Notes: generated by a model not told the origin, from the letters alone. Counted from the stretch's first letter, positions 1 through 13,320 are shown. The stretch: DNA of 64,000 nucleotides from Antechinus flavipes (GCF_016432865.1 NC_067400.1:76570001-76634000); one strand, 5' to 3'. Numbers and translations: made by a program.

Positions 1-1446
1 TTTGTTTTTTTAACTGTATAGATGTCACATATTAATGAGTTTTTTTTCTTTAATGTAATAGATGAGTAAAAATTTATCAAGATTTACCATTTACCAATCA
101 TAAGCAGTCCAGCTACATCAGTTCTTGATTCAGACTTGTCCTCAGCCACCCTAAGCACCAAGCAAGAAAGCATCATAACATAATTTAGTGCTGATTTCTT
201 AAAACTCAACAGCTCTAAAAATATCCTAAAATCTCCTAAGTGCATCTTTAAAAAGAAATTCAACTTCTTGTTTGCTGCTTCCTAGGTATATAACCCTTTT
301 ACCCCTCCCTTGGTATGGAAAAAAAAAATGTAAAATAAATCTAATGCTATTAGGTCAATTTTCCACATCAAAAGAATGGTTTAAAATAGGATTTTGAAGA
401 CACAGAAACATCAACTTCTTTAGGGTAGGGGTAAAGGAAATTTCTTGATGGCTTTTCCCAATTTCTGCTAAAAGTCCAATGGCCTACTTTCTATAATTCC
501 TTATTTCTAGGACTATTTTAAACTTCTAATTCATGAGCTAATTCTATACCTTGAAAACTAATTGGTTCAAAAAACAATTCTTTACTTTAACAATGACATC
601 AGATAATTCATTGAGCTCATTCATTTTCTCTGCACAGGTTAAAGCTATTTTAATAATAAGTGTATTTATCTAATACTATATAGTTTGCAAAGCACTTTCC
701 AAGATTTCACTTGAACCTCTCAAAAAGCTGATAAAACAGGCACTTTAAATTATCACAATTTTACAGGTGAAATTGTAGATCCCAGAAATTTGACGACATA
801 TTGATGATCATACAACTAAGCAAGATATGAACTTGGGTCTTCTGACATGCAAGACTGGCAATCCTATGGGCTATGCCACAAGCCTATCAGGATGCTTTGG
901 AGTTAGCAGAACCATGCAGTATACACGATCTGATCTTTAAAATGCTGGCTCTTTATTCCTGACCCTGTAATACATTCTCATGGCTTTAGGAGGATCTTTT
1001 GGTCAAAGCACAGCAGCTGAAGGTGGGAAGGTGGCTGGACTTTGAGGCACCTTCATCTGGTAAAGCACTGGACTTTTGAGCCTCATCAAGTGCATCTTCA
1101 ACATAAGGGAATAGGACCAAATAGCCTCCAGGTTCCATTCAAATGCTAAAGAAAGGATCTCAATCCATTCTTTCAACTTGTTCAAAAAAAAAAAAAAGGT
1201 ATACCAAACTATCTTCAAATCTTTTCATCTCTACCTCTTACATTTTACATAAAAAACAAGATTTTCATTTGCAAAATGATAGAAGTAAAATACAGTCTGA
1301 CTGTAAGACTAATTATAAGTAATGAGTCAGATGAATGTGAAGAAGCATACTCAAAAGTTTGAAAATGCTTTTAGAGCCCTCTGTTAGGTCCAAAGAATGA
1401 AAGGAAATGAATTTAAAACTCCTACATCAAGTTTTATTATAAGGTC

Positions 1447-1499
1447 CAAAAAAGAGTACAAAACACACTAACCACATTTTAATTAAAATAGAGTTTATT
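1447..1499 (-). terminator. Polyadenylation signal AATAAA (1499-1494) with GU/U-rich downstream element
   Basis: Plus-strand TTTATT at 1494-1499. About 20 nt further along the mRNA is TGTGGTTAGTGTGTTTTGTACTCTTTTT. Further AATAAA hexamers at 1433-1438 and 952-957 could be alternative sites. Confidence 0.6.
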
Positions 1500-3139
1500 A
1501 TTAGCTTTTCTTTTAATATAAACATGAGAAAGAAAAACCACCTGAAGTTGTAGCATTCTTTTCAAAATAAAACTGCAATCAATACCTGAAGCTCCAAGCT
1601 CCAAACTCCAAAAACCATGTTTCTGGAGTTGGTAGATTGAAATATTAAAAATACCATTATTTATCATTTATATAGCTCTTTTCCTTTGACAACAATGGGA
1701 CCTGCAGCACGCAGATCTATGGGTTTAATATATAGCATTACTATGTTGGGAGAAGAGTACACAGGATTCCTAGACCAGAAATGTTTTGTTCACTGGGCAA
1801 AATGCCTAGGATCTATACATAAAGGAGAAGGAAGAAGACAGGTAAAAATTATGAATATGCGCTAATGTTTCAGATCTATTTTGAGTTTGGGTTGGTATGG
1901 ACACCAATCTCCTGAATCTTCCTCTCCCCACCTTCAGAAAACTAAAAATAATGTTTTGTTTTGACCTTGTGATTAATTCTTCTCTTTCGACACCAAGAAG
2001 GAGAAGGAAAAAAATTGTAACTACATCTAAGTTACACATAAAGTTTTAAAAAGTTTGGATAAGTCTGATATGTTAGGAACAGAATAATCATCTATCACTA
2101 TCACTGAGTCCAATTTCTTCTAATTCATTACAGATTCATTGTGAATCCAATTCCCTACCATTTCCCCCTTTCTTCCCTCCAACCCTCCCAAATTTATAAG
2201 CAGAAATTTCAGGAAACCAAAGATAAAACCATATCTTGCATTGTAAACTCCACTGTAAATATATCATGATGGCGCTTCGGAAAATAAAACTTCAGAAATA
2301 GTGTATTACACTAATCACTGGATCACCATGTTTAGAAGATTTAAGTGTTTTAATCCACTTCCTTAAATCCATGAAAAAAATTTATAGTCTGCATATTTTC
2401 CAGATTAGGAGCAAAAGGAACAAAATGAGAAGCACCATAATTCACAAGCAGCATGGACCCAGTATTAATTCCTTTGCTCACAAACTCAATACTTAAAAGA
2501 CTCCCTGGACATTGTATTTACTAGGATGACATGGTGATCCAGAGCCAGCATATACTCTGCCCAGCAGCTTAATTTGATTGCTAATAGTAATTAGCAGCAT
2601 TAATGGTAACCAAGTAAGGAGGAATAACTGTTCAGTGCTGATCAATGCTACAGTATCTGCTCCTAAGAGGCTTGATGTTTTATTAAGAGTCCCATGTTCT
2701 AAGGTTAATACTGCATTGACTCCGAAAGGCATATGCAGCAAGGTTCTGGAGTGGCTGGAAGGTAGAGGGAACTTTTTAACTAGAGTCACATGGTTAGTGT
2801 TTAAATGTTAAAATTTAAAACTACTAATTTAAAAAAAACTTACATAGGTCACAGCTATAGGCCTACACAGTAAGCAAACATCTGTGTGTGGGGTGGGATT
2901 CAGGAAGTTTCATTATAAAGTTTGTTTTTGCACCTCTGGATACATTAAAAAGGACAGGAGAATGTGCTGCTTTGACAAGATCCCATCTTTCCTATGGAGT
3001 GTGATCCTCAGGTTCCCGAGTCCCTTGGAGTCAGTGCCCTTCCTCTCGCTGAAACCACCACGTGCTGGTTGTCGGGCAGGGAGCGTTCCCCCGCTCTCTG
3101 CGGATGTTGGCTTTCTGACCCTTGCACCTCACTTCTCCT
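1478..3139 (-). other. CCNYL1: CCNYL1 3' UTR (~1.66 kb if the 1494-1499 signal is used)
   Basis: Follows the stop codon; no recognisable transposon sequence; ends at an AATAAA with a GU-rich downstream element. Confidence 0.65.
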
Positions 3140-3256
3140 TCAGGAGAGGATGGCATTAGAACGGCGAATACCGACTAAATTATCAGCACTGAAAGATCGT
3201 CTCATGGCAGCTTTGGACAAGTCTTTGTATTTGTCTTCGCAGAGTCTGGAAATAGC
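3140..3256 (-). CDS. CCNYL1: CCNYL1 coding exon 10 ([38 protein letters not shown])
   Basis: 117 nt including TGA at 3142-3140; TAG acceptor after a pyrimidine tract; conserved RSFSADN motif. Confidence 0.97.
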   Translation of the reverse strand, partial: AISRLCEDKYKDLSKAAMRRSFSADNLVGIRRSNAILS

Positions 3257-5261
3257 CTAGAAAAGGAACAGAGAGAATCAAGGCTTCAGAAAGTCAAAGC
3301 CTCCTTCTTCATTAGTCTCTGAGAGAACAAAACCTCGACTTAGGACTCTTGGCTTCTGTCCTGTATGCTACAGCGAAACACCCTTTGTAGCTGGAAAGAA
3401 TGTTAGGAAAAAGATATGGAATACAGCCATAAAAAAAATTTGAACTCAAACCTGTCAGAAATATTGTTTAAAAAAAAAAAAAGAAAAAAAAAAAAGGTCT
3501 TTTTAAAACACGTTTCAAAAAAGTTTAAAAAAGCGTTAGCTTATCACAACCTCATTTGCTCCTTAGAAGTGGTTCATGTATATTTGTGTAAATTCAATGA
3601 ATACGTTTGTCCACTTTTAGATGGAAAATTTCATTACTGTACTAATAATTGGAGGAAGCTAAAAATAAAGGAAGTCTACACCTTGGATTCTATGGAAATA
3701 CCCAAAGCATGTAAAAGGTGATTTTACTTTCAATGAAGTTCCATGCCAAGAAGGACCCCCAAAGAGAGTATTCATGAGGGTCCAAGATAATGAAATGCAT
3801 GTTATATGGATTATGCTTTATTAACTCCTGTTCACCACACCTTCCCAGTTCTTAAGAAGGAAAAACAACTCATTCCAAATATAAGTTGGCTTTTATGTGT
3901 CACTAATAAAAGTTCAAAATTAACTAGATGAATTTTCATATGGGGCTTATATAAAGGCCTGGTACTTTATAATCATATTACTTGGAACGTTACTGAAGTT
4001 AGCCATACAAATGGCTCAGAACAGAGTAAAGATTTAGACAAATTTTTCTTTGGAAACAGTCATTGAAGGAATTTCTTTTGATTGACTTATGAATGTTACA
4101 AGGATTTCTTCCCCCCCAATTCTTTTTCAGTGGAAGTAGGGAGTTAAGAGGAAGAGAAAAGAAATCCATTTAGATAGAGAGTAAAATCTATCTTTAAAAA
4201 ATGGCTAAACGCAATAAAATGCCAACTGTCCATTTTATTAATAAATTGATCCTGACCTGGAGTTTGAGGAAGCTTCTGTTAAAAAAAAACAACAACAAAA
4301 CCTGATGTAATTTGAATCATATAAATTCAATTTAAATTTTCCCTTTGAAAATCCTTGGTTTTTAATGCATTATAATTTTTATTAACACACTGAACACGTC
4401 AAAATGGCCCATGACCACAAAAATGTCCTTCTCCCTCAATCAAAACCAAGCACATTTGTACCCAATTGTACCCATAAACTTATACTTCTGAGAGAAAAAT
4501 CTTCGGGCAGTTTGTCCTAGACTTATCCTATCTCTGAAGAAGGGCTTTCACATAAGCCCTTCTTAATGTAGACATGATATATTATTAATATTCTCCTACT
4601 AGAGGTGAGGAAATTAAAGGGCCAGAAAAACTAAGTCATGTGTTCAAATTCCCCCAGTTAAGTCAGGAGAAGAGTCAAGGGCTCACCTCTGGTGGTCATT
4701 CAGATGCCCGCCAAGTCCAGTGACCTTCCTATCCTCTGCACAGGCGTGCACACAAAAGGCACTTAATGATTGCCAAATTGAATACTTCCTCCTTGATACA
4801 TCTGAGACAGTTTAGTTTAAATCAATAATGATTGAGATCATATCAATGTGGGCTTTTCGTCTATTGGAACAGATTGCAACTAATTGTCTTGAATAAAATT
4901 CTAAAAACTGAATTAAAAGCAATCACCTGAGTAAGCTCTGTAGATACTTAGATGCAACAGAATATAAATTCAAGAAATTGTGATTGCATATTTATAATAG
5001 GGTGGGTAAATTTTCAGAACAAAGAAATCATTAAAAACAAATGAAGTTTCAAATCTATTTGCTTTGATACATTTATTTGAACTATGATCCTCAAGGTCAA
5101 CATCTATAAATTTTGTCCTTTGTACATTCCTTTCCACAAAAGCAGCACAGGAAATGCTGAAGACAAAAGAGTTAAACTCTCTTCACCATACTAACATAAA
5201 AGCTTTTAGTTTTTCTAATTATCTCTTAATATAATTAGCAACAGATCATCAGTTTTCTTCA

Positions 5262-5498
<237 letters not shown>

Positions 5499-7619
5499 TC
5501 AGTAATTTTAGTCAAACTATCAGTCCACTTTAAAAAATATCATTCTAAGCTATCAGGATGATTCTAAATTCTGTTTTGAAATAAAGGCTACCAGCTGGAT
5601 TAATACACTTAATGTTCAAACAAGGTACAGTTATTTATGGACCTTTTTGAATCTCAACACTTTCAGTTGGGGATATCGAGGGCAAAAGGTTAGGGCACTG
5701 TTGTGCTCTCATGCTGCTGACTTAGGGGGCTCATTCTTCAGAGTTCCATTAGTGCAGCTGGACAATTCATACTCCATTCTCACTCTCATAAGGCCCCACT
5801 ATAGTGATCAGATGAAAGGAATGATGTATGCTGTTTATTAGCTCTGAAGAACTTGCAGACATTTTCACCAGGCTGATAACAGGAAGGGGTTTATTGAAGT
5901 AGAAGCAGACCAACAAAAGGAGTAGGCATATCACCACGGCAACAAATGGATCTATGAAGAGCTACTGCTATTATCTCTAAGAAAAAAAAAAAGCCTCTTG
6001 AAGCAACAAGGATTCATCTCCAAAATATTAAATAAATAAATAACTAGCACTAGATCTGAGATGGACACTCATTCTTTCCTCCCTCCCCCTCAAAGGGCAC
6101 AATGCAAGTTTTTGCTCATCTTAACACATATTGCTGGTCAGTGCTACAGGAGAAAATACTCTTTTCATCAACGAAAAGCAAAAAAGATCAAAGATAAAAT
6201 TTGTCTCATACCAAACCCACTTCACAAAATGAGCCATGGCCAGGGCAGGGACAGTGCATTCGCATGCTCGAGGCAGGGTTTGGAAATTGTAGTCTGTGTT
6301 TCACTGTCCACCAGAGGCTTGGGATGTAAATCCTTCTGTGTCATAGAAAGGCAAGCTTCCTGCCATTTAAAATATGAGCATTTATTAAAAAAAAATTTAC
6401 AAAGTGGACTTTATTGCCTTTTAGAGTAAAACACTCTGTGAACTTTAAACCGTACAGATAGCAAGGCAGCAAATCTAATAACAGAGAAGAAAAATGGTGG
6501 CAGTCTAGGGTATTATCATACCTTCCTAAAAGTAAACAACCCTGGGGCTAGCACAAGTTCACAAGAGGTCAGCAAATGAAAAAAAAAATTAACAATTTTT
6601 GCTGCTTTTTCTAGGGATTTTAATATTTCTTTTTTAAACAAAAATAAAAATGTCCTAAGCAGAATGAAAGAGACTTCCTGATTAAAACTCATAAGAGTTT
6701 TAAGCTTTTAAAGTAATCTATTTTTTGCTCACTGGAGAGAAAAATAAATGCAAAAATCAATGGTTCATTCTGCAAAAAGCTGCTATAATGTGAGCAAAGC
6801 TTTGTGTTTTCTTATTCTATCACGCTGGATCCTATTAAACCTACTGGAAAAATTAATTTCCTGTTCATGTAGTGGGTAAGCCTATAGAAATGTAAATCTC
6901 ATCATGTTTGGATGATGAGTTGATCAGGGTTTGATTTACTTCATGAATAAATGCACGTCACGATTTCTTTTATACCTGTTATCCTAATACATTTTAATTG
7001 TGTAGCGATACAGTACTTCATAGGATTAACATGTCTATTAATAGAGGTTTAATCATTGAAACAAGTCAGTACACCTACAGCATAGAAAGTCTAGGTTTTT
7101 GTGTCTGATTTTAAACAAACATGTAGGCAAAAGCATGAACAACATATCATTTATATATATATAGTGAATTTGTTGATTAACAGCTACTTAGTTCTCATTT
7201 CTTCTTTTGAAGATATAACTTACTTCACAAAGAAAACAAATTTTGAAAAATTATTCCAAATATTTCACAGTAAATGAAATCTTAATTTTATCAAATTATT
7301 TTTAGAGCAATTGAAGAACTAATTTAGGAAGCAAAATAGAAGCACGAAAAATAGGTCCAGCCTCAATTCCTATTCCATTAAAAGTAACTACCAAAAAAAA
7401 AAAAAATCTAAGTTTCAATAATTTAACCACTTTTGAAAAAGACAAATGGCCCATGAATATAGCCACAATATAATCAAAGTATTCTAACTGAGATAGGAAA
7501 GGAGATATATGTGGTTGCTTGTCTCTCTTGGTCCTCTGACCATTTAAAAAACTAAAAATGAATATTATATAAATAATTCTTATTTTACAGTTGGAAAAAG
7601 GTAGAAAGTTTACAACTTA

Positions 7620-7826
<207 letters not shown>

Positions 7827-9110
7827 CTAAGTACAATGACAAGTTATTTTAGGAAATTGGTTAGCTCAGGAAAATAAAACTCCATTTTACTAACCTTTTT
7901 TCTTAAAATTGAATTTAAAAAACTGTTTTAATTATGTAAACTTCAAATAATTTTACCAGTCTTACTTTATAACCAAGTTGCACCAAAAAAATTCTACAAT
8001 TTATGGAAAAAAAAACTATTGGTTCTATCAATGTTCTAGTTATGATATAGAAGCAAAAAATATCTACACACAAAGCTAAATATCAATTAGTTTTGAGAAA
8101 ACTGCAGTCTATTTGACAAATCAGTCACACTAAAGTCGCAATGAGCAGACACTGAGCTCAGCTATTAATATAAAGAACAAAGACTAAGGATGCCTGGATT
8201 CCATCCTCACACACCCCATTCTGCATTTGCACACCCATAATCAGCCAGCTCAAAATGTGTATCCCTGGTCATAAAGGTGGATGGCTCAGTGCGACCAATC
8301 TGCTACTGGAAGAATGCACCCTATTGAGAATCGCATTGTAAAAGATTAGAGCAAAAGGGATTTTGGGTTAATCCAATCCCTTCATTTTACAAATGAGAAA
8401 ACCAAAGCTTCAAAAGGTTAAGTGATTTGCTCAGAAATCAAATTAATGGCAGAACCTGAAGCAAACCTGGGTCTTCCTAATGCAAATGTAGCATGTTTTC
8501 CACTGGTACATACAATGGATCAACAGTATCATCTTTAATAAAATGAACAGCATTGAGAAGCCACTTTCAAGTTCATTCAATAAATATTTACTAAGGACTT
8601 ACTACATGCAAAGCTATTACAATTTTACACCTATATAATGCTCTGTGGAATAAGGGAAGAACTTAGTTGCTTTTGCTTGCTTCATTAGAAGTTAGAATGC
8701 TTCTCTGGGCTTTAAGGGTGAAAATTGATGGTCAAGAGAGCCTCCCAGTGGCTACTTTGCAGTGCGACACTAAAGACAATAAATACAAAAGTATTCTGTG
8801 GTTGCTTAGTGAAAGAACAATTGTTCTTTAAAGTTGCCTACCAAAACAATCCATTAAAAATAAGTCCACATTGCCCTTTTAAACATTTTCTCCCTTTCCC
8901 CCAAGTTACCATTTTTATTTGCTTGTTGCAACTCACCACAAAATACTTAACACCACATGAACTAGAAGTGATACCAGTCACTGGTATCCTCTGAACCACC
9001 AATGTCACTTCACAAGATTATATGTTATAAGGTGAATCAGACAAGGTTATATGCTGAATTACACAGATAAACTTCCCTCTCCATCAGTTACATGACTGCA
9101 TAATACATTA

Positions 9111-9240
9111 TCTATCTATATGTGTGTGTGTATATATATGTGTTTGTTTATATCCATATACACACACTCTAATGTATACATATATAGACATGTATATGTA
9201 TATATATGTGTGTGTATGTGTATACACATGCACACACACA
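9111..9240. repeat. Compound (TA)n/(TG)n/(CA)n microsatellite
   Basis: Directly visible; explains spurious ORFs 9108..9395 and 9124..9450. Confidence 0.9.
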
Positions 9241-9741
9241 AACCTATTTGAAGCACTATACATAAAGACAAAAAACAACTCCAAAAAAATACATTTAATG
9301 ATTGTGAAAGTTACCAGACTTGAGAGCCCAGATTTGCCAGCCTCCTCTGGCTGGCCCTTCCACATTATATGGAGTAGTTCAATTCCCGTGTGCATTCAAC
9401 TTTGGGGGTCTCTTGACACTTTCAACAGCAGTTCTGGTTTTGTGATATGAACTGCCAACTATCTGAAACCTGAATCAAACACAAAGATGAAAAGTTTCTT
9501 TTTTATACCCTAGCTCAGCCTTCTCCATCTTTAACTCTCACCACTGGGGAGTCTTGGTACTCGACCGAATGGTTAGTGACTGCCATACTGACAATTTTTA
9601 AATTGTATACATCATCTTTCTATGATTGTTGCCTCATGTTTTGTCATTTAAGGATCTTATCTTTAATATGATGAAACAAGACATACAATATGGATACAAA
9701 ATAGGAACAAAAAAGTCCTTTCAAAAGGAGAAATACCTTAC

Positions 9742-9861
9742 CAAAGTGACTATTGCACATTCTGCTGTTAGCTGTGCAGCACTAAAGAGAGTCCGGACAA
9801 ATCGGTAAATATGCTTGTGATCAGGGTCATGCTTGAAGTAATCATCAGGAACATCATCACG
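9742..9861 (-). CDS. CCNYL1: CCNYL1 coding exon 7 ([40 protein letters not shown]), start of cyclin box
   Basis: 120 nt, CAG acceptor, GTAAG donor; invariant [23 protein letters not shown]. Confidence 0.97.
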
Positions 9862-10409
9862 CTGCAAAAAACCCAACACCGCCACTTAGTGCCCATAGAA
9901 GAAAAAGGAAGTCCTTTAAAAAAGATGCTTATTAAGAAAACGTGCAGCTGTTTCCATATTACTCTGAGTCAATTTTGCACCCTGTATCTCACCAAAGCCT
10001 GATGGCCAGTGTTCTTAGGAAATTCATACTGGTCCCTCAGTCACTCCTGCTCCAAGAATTTCAGGAGTTCAGGCCAATTCCAGGATTAATTTAAAGGTTC
10101 AGATTCACTCTAAGATGAGCCTGCCCTAAAACTAATCTGGCCCCTGAGGATGAAAAGGAGAAGATGAAGCAGTGTACCTGAGCATTTTCCTACAGTTGCA
10201 GAACATAACAGTAGAATAATGATATATTAAAAAAGAAACATTAGATAATAAGAATTGAAAACCAAGCTTGAGGACCTTTACTAAGATCTCCTCACCTAGT
10301 CCCAAATGTCAAGAAATAATACAATGATAGGACTTTCAAAAAAGTCTTGGTACTTATTTGGTACTTGGTAATTATTCAAAAATAATTCTCCTCTTCTATC
10401 TTGGAGCAT

Positions 10410-10456
10410 GTGCATACGTACACGTACACACGTACACATATACACACACACATACT
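10410..10456. repeat. (TACACG)/(CA)n microsatellite
   Basis: tgcatacgtacacgtacacacgtacacatatacacacacacatact. Confidence 0.85.
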
Positions 10457-11628
10457 CTTACTCTTTTGTACTTATACTCCTCCCCATCTCTTCCACTTTT
10501 TGAGCCCCCCACCATCTTACATCCTGCTTTCTGCATAGGCAAAGATTCAATAATTGTTTGAATAGGAATGAGCTTTTATTTTTATTTCTTACCCAAGTAT
10601 CAAAACAGTTTTAAAATAAGCATAAGTAATAAGGGTACAACAACAACAAAAGCATTAGCTTAGAAAGAAATCTGTACAATTAAATGTTTTTGTGATTCTT
10701 CCATGTTGGGGAAGGTCCCATCATGACCTTCCCCACTGAATTTCTCATAGCACTGTTTTATAACTACCTAATCATTTTGGTATCAATGCAAAAATTCAGC
10801 TGAGAATTAACTCTTAGGAAGAAGCAGATAATAGGCTACAAGTGTGCTCTGCCATAAAGTACTCATGAAGTAAAACTCATTCCAGGGAACACTTAGTTCC
10901 AAAAGAGCAGTATACTAATAAGGAACAGTGTAATAAACCTTACAGTAAGGAAGTGAACATTAACTCAGTTTTCACCCTGGGCTATCAAGTGAATCTTTTT
11001 TTTTTTAATCTTTATATTTATCCTAGGGTTATGATGTTTAAATGATGCTATAAAATATTGCTTAAGAGTATACACTTAAATGCATGCATAACCTTGGCAA
11101 AACTAAGGAACACCTGTTAAAAGTAAGTAGGCTTAGAGAAGTAACGCTAGAAATGCAAATTTATAGTTTCTGAATCACTATATAAACTCACCTGAAAAAA
11201 GTGACAATGGAGACAAGGTTGGCCATGGACTAAGAAAGGGGGAGGTCCAAAAAGTTAGCGCTTCTAACTCATTGAGATATCATTTATCAAGTTGTTTGAA
11301 GTTTTCTACCCAAAATTTTCATCTATAAAAACATTTCATCTGAAAAATTTTAATCTAAGAACTAATCCTCTAAGTTTATTCTGCTAGCTAAGTATATCAG
11401 ACAGAACAAACTTGTATCGTTTCCTCTTTGGGAAATTTAATATGAAACCTCAGACATGTTTAGCTGTTTTAATATTTTCTGTACTACATACTAGAATCCT
11501 TTGTCCCTGTGACTTTATGTCTCCCCCAACAGTGTAAACCCTCATTTCTGAATGAACCCTACCAACTTTGATACTAAGGAATCACTGGAAAAGTCACTAA
11601 ATGAAGCTAATGTATACATCAAGTAGAC

Positions 11629-11819
11629 TGGGGTCCTCAAACTTTCTAAATAGGGGGCCAGTTCACTGCCCCTCAGACTGTTGGAGGGCCGGACTATAGT
11701 AAAAACAAAAACTTTGTTTTGTGGGCCTTTAAATAAAGAAACTTCATAGCCCTGGGTGAGGGGGATAAACGTCCTCAGCTGCTGCATCTGGCCCACGGGC
11801 CATAGTTTGAGGACCCCTG
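11629..11819 (+). mobile_element. Non-autonomous hAT MITE, OC1/OposCharlie1-type, copy 1 (intron 6)
   Basis: ~191 bp; TIRs (C)TGGGGTCCTCAAACT ... AGTTTGAGGACCCCTG; 8-bp TSD AAGTAGAC at 11621-11628 and 11820-11827 (left TIR one base short, or a 7-bp TSD reading). The sequence matches my recollection of OC1/nhAT1-type MITE ends. Confidence 0.85.
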
Positions 11820-12982
11820 AAGTAGACCCTTACTTATTAAGATTGGACAATTCTATTATAATCTCATCCCCCATGATAATTGCTTCAAACTTTTCTTTTT
11901 CTATCATAGCCATCGATTGTAAATGACTGCCCAATTTCTGCCAATCCCACCCTCATGCCCTTCCTGGTGACCTAACTTCTATTTCAATGAGGTGATGAAG
12001 GTCTCTTAACATCAATTCCCTCAACTATTTTGAGAGTCACTGTTCTTTTAACTCCCAGAAGTAGGTAGTGTGGTAGAATAGAAAGAGCAAGCCAGGATTT
12101 GATTCTATCTTTTGGAGTCTCAATTTCTTTCATGTAAAATGGAAGTATTGGCCTAAATGCTCTGTAAGCTTCCTTTTTGCTCTAAGATCCCATGGTCCTA
12201 TGAAATTTCTAATCTTCATCAGGGATAATTTTCTACACTTCTTTGATCCCATAATTTCCCCCTTCCACACATTTTCAATGACTCTTCTCTTTCACCATGT
12301 CTATGAATATACTCAGCTTTTCTCAAACCTGCTGAATTTTTATCTGTCCTTTAAAATCCAACTCTTCCATGAAGACCTCTAATTTTCCAATCCCATAATG
12401 ACCTTCCCCACTGAATTTCTTATAGCACTATCTCACAGCTCCCTAATAATAATGTTCATTTTCCCCATTGGAATTTAGGTTCTTTGAGAACAAAATCTTT
12501 TTTAAAAATTTTTTGGTATCTTCAATGCTTGGAAAAATAAGCACATAATAAATTTTTGGTCAATACCTATATTAAGCTCTGAGAGAGTGAAGTAATTAAG
12601 TTTCACTTCAATTTTCACTGGTTTTTCTAATACCTACACCTAGTGTTTTGTACACGGCTGATATTTAATAAAGGATTGCTGAATAAGAGAAACTTTAGTT
12701 TTAGAAAATAGTGGTCATCTTTCATATATTTCCGAAGTGATCAATAGTTTTCCTGGAGGTACAGCAAAAAAACTTCCAGACTCAACTTTTAACTACTTTC
12801 TGTACCTTGCAAAGTGATGTATCAGTCTGAGTTATTAAAACTGAAGATCTATGTGGGTTAAAAGAGAAACAAGAAATTTGTCAAAGTGTTTGTAAAAGCA
12901 TTCCAGTTAGTAAAATGTTGGAAAATGATAGCTTTTACTGAACATAAAAAAGGAATCCCAAAAATGTTTTATCTGGCACAAT

Positions 12983-13320
12983 CAGGTGGTATAGTGGAGA
13001 GAATGTTTGACCTGGACTCAGAAGACCTCAGTTCAAATTCAGCCTCAGATACTTACTAGTTATCTAGTAATCTGCTTTTCTCAATTTCCTCATCTGTAAA
13101 ATGAGGATAACCTACCTCCTGGAGTTGTGAGGATGATGCAAGGTAGAGTGTGAGCACTATAGAAACATTAATAAGGACAGTAGAGAGTTTAGGGACAATC
13201 TAGCTCAATTCCACTTAACAGATGGTGAAACAGCCATATGAAGGTAAAGCGACTTGTTCAATGTCATACAAGCAATGACAGCAGAGGGAGCAAATCCTCT
13301 TCCTATATCCCAGAGTTTCT
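12983..13320. mobile_element. Degraded MIR/MAR1-type CORE-SINEs (forward copy followed by a reverse copy)
   Basis: CORE-SINE motifs: ggactcagaagacctcagttcaaat, tcaatttcctcatctgtaaaatgaggata, gtgacttg-like; boundaries approximate. Confidence 0.65.

Noticed and set aside
2493-3260. Plus- and minus-strand ORFs over the 3' UTR and last exon
   Set aside because: Antisense or UTR frames with no recognisable homology; the true exon 10 frame explains the coding-like composition.
6770-6990. Possible conserved intronic enhancer with a half-CRE (CACGTCAC, 6954-6961)
   Set aside because: Non-repetitive look and retained CpGs are suggestive, but conservation cannot be judged without alignments and a half-site alone is weak evidence.
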